DNA of 25,902 nucleotides from Clostridia bacterium (lineage in GTDB: Bacteria; Bacillota; Clostridia; TANB77; CAG-465), in the NCBI GenBank assembly GCA_045536565.1, contig JAZSNU010000021.1:1-25902 (forward strand), written 5' to 3'. The notes beneath the pieces are model-generated. The model worked only from the letters and a program-made list of their open reading frames with translations. It was not told the origin of the DNA and searched no databases. Positions 18,454 to 25,902 of the stretch are shown here, piece by piece. Made by a program: the position numbers and the translations under genes. Position 1 is the first letter of the stretch. Each line of letters begins with the position of its first letter.

Positions 18454-18470
18454 GTTACAATTATATTACA
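18454..18470 (-). promoter_or_regulatory. OmpR/PhoB-type direct repeat matching the WalR box
   Basis: Minus strand reads TGTAAT-ATAAT-TGTAAC, i.e. TGTWAH-N5-TGTWAH. Confidence 0.4.
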
Positions 18471-18484
18471 AACAGAAAAAATAG

Positions 18485-18513
18485 TTGAATAAGAAAATAA
18501 AATATTGTAAAAT
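18485..18513 (+). promoter_or_regulatory. Probable sigmaA promoter of the leader ORF
   Basis: TTGAAT (18485-18490), 17 bp spacer, TAAAAT (18508-18513). Confidence 0.65.
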
Positions 18514-18554
18514 AAAGTCATCAAGAAAGAAAAAAATAAGGGGTGAATTAAGAT

Positions 18555-18734
<180 letters not shown>

Positions 18735-18865
18735 ACTAGCTTTTTCGCGTTTTAAAAAAGGTATAAACACTTAAATAAAAGTGGATATATATACAAATAA
18801 TATAAATGTATTAGGACATAATAATATAAAAGAAAAACAAAAAAGATAAATGCACTCAAAAACAA

Positions 18866-18894
18866 TTGCAAAAAGTTATATTATATGAAATAAT
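18866..18894 (+). promoter_or_regulatory. Possible weak internal promoter upstream of the pilin-like gene
   Basis: TTGCAA (18866-18871), 17 bp spacer, TGa-AATAAT (18889-18894); the -10 lacks its first T and the region is very AT-rich. Confidence 0.3.
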
Positions 18895-18935
18895 ATATTT
18901 GTATTAAAATTATGAAAGGAAAGAGAGGAAAGATT

Positions 18936-20213
18936 ATGAAAAAATTAACAAACAAAAGAGGAATATCATTAATAGTATTAGTAATAACAATAATAGTAAT
19001 GATAATCCTAGCATCAGCAATTATTCTATCATTATCAAATAGTGGAATAATAGGTAAGGCAAATGAAGCAAAGAACAAAACAGATAAAGCAAACATGATA
19101 GAAGCCGCAAATTTAGCTTTAGGAGAGTATGAGCTAGAAAAACAATTAGGTGAGTTATCACCAGCAAATCAAACAGCAGAAGAATATGTAAAAGGCAAAC
19201 TAGCAGGACAGTTTACAGATGATATGTTAAAAAGTTTAAGTGTATTAGATGATGGTACAATACAAATATTACCAACAATACCAGAAGGATTTGTAGTATC
19301 ACAAATTGATGGAGAAAAGAAAATATCAGAAGGTCTAGTTATATATGAACTAAAAGAAGGTGAAGATGAAGAAGATATAAACTGGACAGAAACAGATACA
19401 ACAACAGTAGAAGGACAAACACTACTAAAAGTGCAAACAGAAAGAGACCAATATGTATGGGTACCAGTAGAAGGTGCATTTGAAAGAATAGCATGGAATG
19501 GTGAAGATTTAGAAACCTATTTAGCAGAGCCAATAAGAGCAGATATGATGTATATGGATGATATTACAAAATACCAAGGTGAAATTGAACAATATTATGC
19601 GATGAAAGCAAGTGTAGAAAAAAATGGAGGTTTCTATATCGCAAGATATGAGGCAGGACAAGAAGGAACGACAGCAGTAAGTAAAAAAGGTACAACGGTT
19701 TTCGCTCTACCTTGGGATTCAACATGGGATGAAATAGGATATGGAAAAGATACAAATGATGGAGCAGCAAAGATATCAAAGAAATCATATGAAAATGCAG
19801 AGAGACATTTAATATATGGAGTACAATGGGATGCAGCACTAAAATTTATTGAAGATGAAGAACATAGTGTTACAGATAGTAGTACATGGGGAAATTATTT
19901 GAACTATAACGATAGTGTAGATGAATCTAAAAAAGTATCTGGTGTAGGTGTCGATGAAGTAACTACGGCGGGGTATAGCGAATATTGGAAAGCAAAAAAT
20001 ATATACGATATGGCGGGCAATGTATATGAATTGACATATGAGGTCTCTGATTATGATGATTGGGGTATTCGTGTGTGGCGTGGAGGTAACTGTAGCTATG
20101 ATGGTGGTAGTAAGTATATTTCATCTAATTCGGCTTCTAGTCGTTTTACCCCTCTTCGACCATCACCTTATAACCAGTCCGGAGCTTTTCGCTTTGTGCT
20201 TTATATAAAGTAA
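18936..20213 (+). CDS. Type IV pilin-like (class III signal peptide) protein with C-terminal FGE-sulfatase/CLec-fold domain; candidate DGR target
   Basis: KRG/ISLIVLVITIIVMIILA prepilin-like N-terminus; QYVWVPV, GGFYIARYEAG, QWDA, NIYDMAGNVYE, RGG, FRFVLY motifs; ATG 18936 follows AGAGGA (ORF track start 18912). Confidence 0.85.
   Translation: MKKLTNKRGISLIVLVITIIVMIILASAIILSLSNSGIIGKANEAKNKTDKANMIEAANLALGEYELEKQLGELSPANQTAEEYVKGKLAGQFTDDMLKSLSVLDDGTIQILPTIPEGFVVSQIDGEKKISEGLVIYELKEGEDEEDINWTETDTTTVEGQTLLKVQTERDQYVWVPVEGAFERIAWNGEDLETYLAEPIRADMMYMDDITKYQGEIEQYYAMKASVEKNGGFYIARYEAGQEGTTAVSKKGTTVFALPWDSTWDEIGYGKDTNDGAAKISKKSYENAERHLIYGVQWDAALKFIEDEEHSVTDSSTWGNYLNYNDSVDESKKVSGVGVDEVTTAGYSEYWKAKNIYDMAGNVYELTYEVSDYDDWGIRVWRGGNCSYDGGSKYISSNSASSRFTPLRPSPYNQSGAFRFVLYIK
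20040..20213 (+). other. Putative DGR variable region (VR)
   Basis: Abrupt adenine depletion, five CGN Arg codons versus exclusively AGA upstream in the gene, many NNT/NNC codons, at the 3' end of a CLec-type gene; boundaries approximate. Confidence 0.65.
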
Positions 20214-20231
20214 TATAATACATATAATTTT

Positions 20232-20279
20232 TAAAGTGTAAAAGATGTTTAAAAAATATCTTTTGCACTTTATCTTTTT
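20232..20279 (+). terminator. 19-bp hairpin/terminator after the pilin-like gene
   Basis: TAAAGTGTAAAAGATGTTT (20232-20250) / AAATATCTTTTGCACTTTA (20254-20272) with two G-U pairs, then TCTTTTT. Confidence 0.8.
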
Positions 20280-20339
20280 ATACAAATGTAGTACAATATA
20301 GTTGTAATAAATATATATGTATGAAAGGGGATTTTGATT

Positions 20340-22031
20340 ATGGCTAAAATGTGGAATTTAAGAGAATATGATGAAAACTTGGTAAAAGAGTACTCATCTA
20401 GATATAACATACCAACAATACTTGCAAAACATATAATTGCAAGAGATATTAATATAGAAGATGTAGATAAGTATATCAATGTAAAACTAGATAATTTATA
20501 TGATCCATTTTTAATGAAGGATATGGATATATTAGTAGATAGAGTTTTAAAAGCAAAAGAAAATAATGAAAAAGTTATGATATATGGAGACTATGATGTA
20601 GATGGAGTAACAAGTATAACTGTGCTATATAGCTTCTTCAAAGAGCTAGGTATAGATGTTAGTTACTATTTACCAGATAGAATGGAAGAAGGATATGGCT
20701 TAAATAAAGAGGCATTAAAGAATATAAAAGAGGATGGTTATTCGCTTGTAGTTACAGTTGACTGTGGAATATCAGCAATAGAAGAATTAGAATATGCAAA
20801 AGAAATTAATTTAGAAGTCTGTGTAACAGACCATCATGAATGTGCAGAAATTCTTCCAGATGCATATGCTGTTGTAAATCCAAAAAGAGAAGATTCCGAA
20901 TATCCTTTTGAAATGCTTGCAGGTGTAGGCGTTGCTTTTAAAGTAATTACAGCTATTGCTATGAAATTAGGACTTGATAAAGAGTCATATTTAAAATATA
21001 TAGATATAGTAGCGGTAGGAACAATCGCAGATATTGTGCCGCTTCTTGATGAAAATAGAATAATAACTAAGGTTGGTATAGAAAAAATAAAAGAAACAAA
21101 AAATGAAGGCTTAAAGGCATTAATTAGGGTTGCAGGAATAAAAAACATAGACTCAACTAGCATATCATTTGCACTTGCTCCTAGAATAAATGCAAGTGGT
21201 AGAATGGCTGATGCGTCAGTAGCGGTTAAACTATTACTTTCTGAAAGCCCAATTGAAGCAAATAATCTAGCATGTCTTTTAGATAGTCAAAACAAAGAAA
21301 GACAAACAGTTGAAAAGAAAATTTTAGAAGAAGTAATAGCAAAAATAGAAAAAGAAAAGTTATATGAAAGAAAAAGTTTAGTAGTAGCAGGTAAAGGTTG
21401 GCACCAAGGTGTTATAGGAATAGTAGCATCTAAGGTTGCTGAAAAATATACTAAACCAGTTATATTAATAACATATGAAGATAAACTTGCAAAAGGTTCT
21501 GGAAGAACACCACACGGAATATCATTATATGATGCTCTTGAAAAATGCAAAGATGTATTAGTTCAATTTGGTGGCCATGAACTTGCGGCAGGTGTTACAT
21601 TAGAAAAAGAAAAAATAGCTGAATTTAGAGATAGGTTTGAAACCGCTATATTAGAAGCAAGAGAAGAAGATTTAGAATCTGTTATTGATATTGATTTAGA
21701 GATAAATAAACAAGATATATTAAATGGAATTACAGTTATAAATGAAAAATTATTACCATTTGGTCAAAAGAATCATGAACCAGTATATTTATATAGAAAT
21801 TTAAAAATTAATGCGCTTAGCACATTAAAGGATGATAAGCATATTAAGTTTAACTTAAAAGATGATAATTTCTATATAGATGCAATAGGGTTTTCACTTG
21901 GTAATAGAAGAGATGAGCTGAAATTAGGAGATAGAATAGATGTAGTTGGAACTGTTAGTATAAACGATTTTAGCAAAGAAAAAGCAGTTCAAATTATATT
22001 AAAAGATTTTAAGAAAAGTAGTGGAGACTAA
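20340..22031 (+). CDS. recJ: Single-stranded DNA exonuclease RecJ
   Basis: IYGDYDVDG, TVDCGI, TDHH, GTIADIVPL, PRINASGR, GGHELAAG; ATG 20340 after AAAGGGG. Confidence 0.97.
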   Translation: MAKMWNLREYDENLVKEYSSRYNIPTILAKHIIARDINIEDVDKYINVKLDNLYDPFLMKDMDILVDRVLKAKENNEKVMIYGDYDVDGVTSITVLYSFFKELGIDVSYYLPDRMEEGYGLNKEALKNIKEDGYSLVVTVDCGISAIEELEYAKEINLEVCVTDHHECAEILPDAYAVVNPKREDSEYPFEMLAGVGVAFKVITAIAMKLGLDKESYLKYIDIVAVGTIADIVPLLDENRIITKVGIEKIKETKNEGLKALIRVAGIKNIDSTSISFALAPRINASGRMADASVAVKLLLSESPIEANNLACLLDSQNKERQTVEKKILEEVIAKIEKEKLYERKSLVVAGKGWHQGVIGIVASKVAEKYTKPVILITYEDKLAKGSGRTPHGISLYDALEKCKDVLVQFGGHELAAGVTLEKEKIAEFRDRFETAILEAREEDLESVIDIDLEINKQDILNGITVINEKLLPFGQKNHEPVYLYRNLKINALSTLKDDKHIKFNLKDDNFYIDAIGFSLGNRRDELKLGDRIDVVGTVSINDFSKEKAVQIILKDFKKSSGD

Positions 22032-22061
22032 GAATAAAAAGAATTTTAAGGAGTGATAAAA

Positions 22062-24236
22062 GTGGCTGGAAATTTAGTAGAAGAGTTATTAAATACACTA
22101 GATAAAGAAAAATTAAAATACGATAAGGACATAGTTTATCAATGCGTAGAATATGCAGATAAAATTTATGGTGATTCAAAAAGACATAAAGGAGAATCAA
22201 CACTTGATCACTCTATAAAAGTGGCAATAATAGTAGCAGGACTTAAAATAGGAATAAATCCAGTATATGCTGCTATAATGCATGAGGTAACTAAGTTTGA
22301 TAAATATAGCAAAGAGGAGATGGATATATTATTTGGAAAAGATGTATCTGAAATGGTAAGTGATGCAAGTAAGTTATATTTATTAAACTACAATGGTCAA
22401 GAAAAACTTGAAGCAGAGAATCTAAGAAAGATGTTTATGGCAATTGCAAAAGATATAAGAGTTGTAATTATAAGGCTTGCAGATAGGCTATATAACATGA
22501 GAAATATATTTGAAGAAAGTGTAGAAATACAAATATTAAAAGCAAAAGAAACAATGCAAGTGTATGCTCCAATAGCACATAGACTAGGTATGTCTAGTAT
22601 AAAATCAGAACTTGAAGATATATCTTTTTCAATTTTACATCCAGAAGAGTTTAACCATATAAAAGAAGAAATAGAGAAAATAAAAGATAAAAGAGAAGAG
22701 CATATTAATCTTAGAATTAAAGAAATTAAAGATGAATTAGATAAAGAAAATATTGTAGCTAAAATTTATGGTAGACCAAAAACCTTTTATAGTATTTTTA
22801 GAAAAATGAAAAAATATAACTGCTCAATTGACGGTCTTTATGATCTATATGCAGTAAGAATAATTGTAAATAGTATAAAGGATTGTTATACAGCACTTGG
22901 TATAATACACGAAAAATATAAACCTATGCCAGGTAGATTTAAGGACTATATAGCAGTACCTAAAACTAACATGTATCAATCTTTACATACTACTGTTTTC
23001 GGCATAGATAACTCATTACCATTTGAAGTACAGATAAGAACTTGGGATATGCATAATGTTGCAGATTATGGTGTAGCTGCACACTTCTTGTATAAAGAGG
23101 GAAAAACAAAAATAAGCGATGGCGATGAAAAACTAACTTGGCTTAGAAAAACAATAGAGGTAGAAAAAGAATATGAAGAGTACGGTGAAGAGGACTATGA
23201 ACAATTAAAGACAGAACTTTTTGGTGATGAAGTATTTGTATTTACTCCAAAGGGTGAAATAAAATCTTTACCAAAAGGAGCAACACCAATAGATTTTGCA
23301 TATTTAATACATCAACATATTGGAAACAGCATGGTTGGTGCAAAAATAAATGGAAAAATGGTTCCAATTATAACTAAATTAAAAAATACGGATATAGTTG
23401 AAATTGTTACTTCTAAGACTTCAAAAGGTCCAAATCTTGATTGGTTAAAACATGTTAAAACAGCAGCGGCGAAGAATAAGATAGTATCATACATGAAAAA
23501 ACAAGATAAGGAAGTAAATACTCAAAGAGGAGAAGAATTATTTGAAAAAGAAATAGAAAGACAACCAATAGCCAAGGATAAATTATTAAAAGAAAAATAT
23601 GTAAAACTTATGCTAGAAAAATATAACATGAATACACTTGATGATACATATGAAAATATTGGTTTTGGTGTTTTAAGTCCTAAGAAAGTTATAAACAAAC
23701 TAGTTGAGGAATATACAAAAGACCATAAAGAAGAAATGGAAAAATTAAAACTTGAAAAGGAAAGTAAAAATCAAGTATTAACCAATGCAAATGCATCTGA
23801 TGGTATAGTTGTAGAGGGAATTGATAATTGTTTAGTAAAACTTGCAAAATGTTGTTCTCCTATCCCAGGAGATGATATAGTAGGATATATTTCTGTTGGT
23901 AAAGGTGTATCAGTACATAGAGCAAGTTGTAAAAATTTACAATCTTTGAATATACATGAGAGAAAAATAAATGTATCATGGAAAGAAAAAGCAAAAGTAA
24001 ACTATAATACAAATCTAAGAATTAAAGCAAACGATAGAACAGGTGTAGCAATGGAAGTATTAAAAAGAGTGCAAGATAATAAAATTCTTGTTACTGGTTT
24101 TAATGCAAGACCAACTACCGATAGGGAATGTATAATAGAAATGACAGTGAAAATAGAATCAATAGAAGAGCTTCAAAAATTAATGAAAGATTTGAAAAAA
24201 GTAGATAGTGTATTTGAGGTTAAAAGAGCAAAATAA
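22062..24236 (+). CDS. relA: Long RelA/SpoT homolog (Rel) with degenerate HD hydrolase motifs
   Basis: YAPIAHRLG, RFKDYIAVPK, YQSLHT, EVQIRT, TGS (TPIDFAY), AKCCSPIPGD, ACT domain; GTG 22062 fits the AAGGAG RBS (track start 22053). Confidence 0.95.
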   Translation: MAGNLVEELLNTLDKEKLKYDKDIVYQCVEYADKIYGDSKRHKGESTLDHSIKVAIIVAGLKIGINPVYAAIMHEVTKFDKYSKEEMDILFGKDVSEMVSDASKLYLLNYNGQEKLEAENLRKMFMAIAKDIRVVIIRLADRLYNMRNIFEESVEIQILKAKETMQVYAPIAHRLGMSSIKSELEDISFSILHPEEFNHIKEEIEKIKDKREEHINLRIKEIKDELDKENIVAKIYGRPKTFYSIFRKMKKYNCSIDGLYDLYAVRIIVNSIKDCYTALGIIHEKYKPMPGRFKDYIAVPKTNMYQSLHTTVFGIDNSLPFEVQIRTWDMHNVADYGVAAHFLYKEGKTKISDGDEKLTWLRKTIEVEKEYEEYGEEDYEQLKTELFGDEVFVFTPKGEIKSLPKGATPIDFAYLIHQHIGNSMVGAKINGKMVPIITKLKNTDIVEIVTSKTSKGPNLDWLKHVKTAAAKNKIVSYMKKQDKEVNTQRGEELFEKEIERQPIAKDKLLKEKYVKLMLEKYNMNTLDDTYENIGFGVLSPKKVINKLVEEYTKDHKEEMEKLKLEKESKNQVLTNANASDGIVVEGIDNCLVKLAKCCSPIPGDDIVGYISVGKGVSVHRASCKNLQSLNIHERKINVSWKEKAKVNYNTNLRIKANDRTGVAMEVLKRVQDNKILVTGFNARPTTDRECIIEMTVKIESIEELQKLMKDLKKVDSVFEVKRAK

Positions 24237-24253
24237 CGAAGAAGGAATATATA

Positions 24254-24931
24254 ATGGAAAAGATAATAGATAATGATATTTTAGAAATGTACATATTAAA
24301 ACTAGAACTTGGCAAAACAGGACATATTACAAATGCATATATAATAAAAGATAAAGATACAAAAGATGCTATACTTATTGATCCATCATACGACGCTGAG
24401 TATGTTATTGATATGTTAGATAAAATAGATGCAAGTTTAAAGGTAATATACCTAACACATTGTCATGGTGATCATATTGCAGCATTAGAAGGAGTGTATA
24501 ACAAGTATAAAGGACAATGTAAAATACTTATTCATGAAAAAGATAAAGATGGAATTTTTGACGATGATAAAAATTGCAAATATATATTAGATGAGCCAAA
24601 TTTTGTGAATTTAAAATCAGATGATATACATACAGTACAAGATAAAGAATGTATAACTATTGGAAGTGTTGTGGGTGAAGTATTGCACACACCTGGTCAT
24701 ACCAATGGTTCAACAGTTATATATTTTAAAGATATAAATGTAATTATAACAGGAGATACTTTGTTTTCAGATTGTCATGGTAGAACTGATTTGAAGAGTG
24801 GAAGTATGAGTGATATGAAAACCAGCTTAGATAAAATATTTACAAGATTTAAAAGTCAAACAATATATCCAGGGCATGGTTTAAGTACAAATATACAAAA
24901 TGCTAAAAATAGAATATATTATGGCATATAG
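24254..24931 (+). CDS. MBL-fold metallo-hydrolase (glyoxalase II-like)
   Basis: THCHGDH, HTPGHT, TGDTLF, GRTDL, YPGHG. Confidence 0.93.
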   Translation: MEKIIDNDILEMYILKLELGKTGHITNAYIIKDKDTKDAILIDPSYDAEYVIDMLDKIDASLKVIYLTHCHGDHIAALEGVYNKYKGQCKILIHEKDKDGIFDDDKNCKYILDEPNFVNLKSDDIHTVQDKECITIGSVVGEVLHTPGHTNGSTVIYFKDINVIITGDTLFSDCHGRTDLKSGSMSDMKTSLDKIFTRFKSQTIYPGHGLSTNIQNAKNRIYYGI

Positions 24932-24957
24932 AAGAAATAGTTTAAAGAGGAAAACAA

Positions 24958-25620
24958 ATGGGTAAGTTTAAAGAAATATTAGATGAAGAATCTAAAAAGG
25001 AGTATATGATAAAATTAAAAAAATTCATTGATAATGAATATAACACAAAAACAATATTTCCAGAAAGAAAAAATATAATGAACGCTATGAAATATACTCC
25101 TTATGAGAATGTAAAGGTGGTCATAGTAGGACAGGATCCTTATCATGGAATAGGAGAGGCCCACGGACTTTCTTTTTCTGTACAACCAGGAATTAAAACG
25201 CCACCGTCGCTAGTTAATATATATAAAGAGTTAAATAGAGATTTAGGGTGTTATATTCCAAATAACGGATGTTTAGTTAAATGGGCAAAAGAAGGTGTAC
25301 TTCTTTTAAACAGTGTACTTACAGTTGTAAAAGATAATCCTGGAAGTCATAGAGGAAAAGGTTGGGAAACATTTACAGATACTGTTATAAAAAGCTTAAA
25401 TGATAAAGAGGAGCCTATTGTATTTCTACTTTGGGGAAACTACGCAAAAGAAAAAGCGATGTATATAACAAACCCAAAACATCTGGTGCTTAAAACATCA
25501 CATCCTAGTCCGTTTTCAGTAAGAAATGGGTTTGATGGTTGTTCGCACTTTTCAAAAGCAAATAAATTTTTAGAGCAAAATGGAATAAAGCCTATTGATT
25601 GGCAGATAGAGAATATATAA
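24958..25620 (+). CDS. ung: Uracil-DNA glycosylase
   Basis: GQDPYH, AHGLSFSV, PPSLVNIYKEL, VLLLN, HPSPFS. Confidence 0.98.
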   Translation: MGKFKEILDEESKKEYMIKLKKFIDNEYNTKTIFPERKNIMNAMKYTPYENVKVVIVGQDPYHGIGEAHGLSFSVQPGIKTPPSLVNIYKELNRDLGCYIPNNGCLVKWAKEGVLLLNSVLTVVKDNPGSHRGKGWETFTDTVIKSLNDKEEPIVFLLWGNYAKEKAMYITNPKHLVLKTSHPSPFSVRNGFDGCSHFSKANKFLEQNGIKPIDWQIENI

Positions 25621-25631
25621 AAAAAGATAAA

Positions 25632-25677
25632 GGCAATCTTGAGTATTAGTTATGAATATTCAAGGTTGTTATATTTT
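25632..25677 (+). terminator. Probable terminator after ung
   Basis: GGCAATCTTGAGTATT (25632-25647) / AATATTCAAGGTTGTT (25655-25670) with G-U pairs, then ATATTTT. Confidence 0.65.
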
Positions 25678-25702
25678 ATATTAATTAAAATAAATAGTTG
25701 TG

Positions 25703-25731
25703 TTGAAACAATATAACATCTATGTTAAAAT
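25703..25731 (+). promoter_or_regulatory. Probable sigmaA promoter for queA
   Basis: TTGAAA (25703-25708), 17 bp spacer, TGt-TAAAAT (25726-25731). Confidence 0.65.
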
Positions 25732-25788
25732 ATAATAAGTAATGACAACAATATTTTAAATATTTACTAAAAGAAGAAAGGAAAAATA

Positions 25789-25902
25789 ATGAAGACAAGT
25801 GATTTTAATTACGACTTACCAAAAGAATTAATAGCACAAGTGCCAATTGAAAAGAGAGACACATCTAGACTTTTGGTACTGAATAGAAATACAGGAAAAA
25901 CA
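25789..25902 (+). CDS. queA: S-adenosylmethionine:tRNA ribosyltransferase-isomerase, N-terminus (runs off window)
   Basis: [31 protein letters not shown] matches the QueA N-terminal motif; AAAGGA RBS. Confidence 0.92.
   Translation, partial: MKTSDFNYDLPKELIAQVPIEKRDTSRLLVLNRNTGKT

Overview
AT-rich chromosomal window from what looks like a spore-forming Clostridia-type Firmicute (spoIVA present; sigmaA-type promoters and AAGGAG-type RBSs). Most of it is housekeeping: the 3' part of uvrA, cmk-plsC-O-methyltransferase, a C-terminally truncated glmU, rmuC, spoIVA, an RluA-family synthase, ychF, a ThrRS-like/nucleoside kinase fusion, recJ-rel-MBL hydrolase-ung and the start of queA. Two accessory inserts stand out. 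(1) 18454-20272: a sigmaA promoter drives an unannotated 59-codon leader ORF containing a 53-nt (AC)n microsatellite. In the present frame the leader is translated through an intrinsic terminator hairpin, whereas a gain or loss of one repeat unit stops it 55-62 nt earlier. This suggests a phase-variable attenuation switch. Downstream lies a type IV pilin-like/FGE-sulfatase (CLec-fold) gene whose last ~55 codons have the compositional signature of a diversity-generating retroelement (DGR) variable region. No RT or template repeat was seen in the window. (2) 2129-3605: three highly diverged paralogous small ORFs, each preceded by a near-identical 25-26 bp repeat, behind one consensus promoter, in a cassette-like array. 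Several proteins appear to have lost catalytic motifs or domains (Rel hydrolase, GlmU acetyltransferase, two zincin-like proteins). All product calls come from motif recognition by eye; no searches were run.
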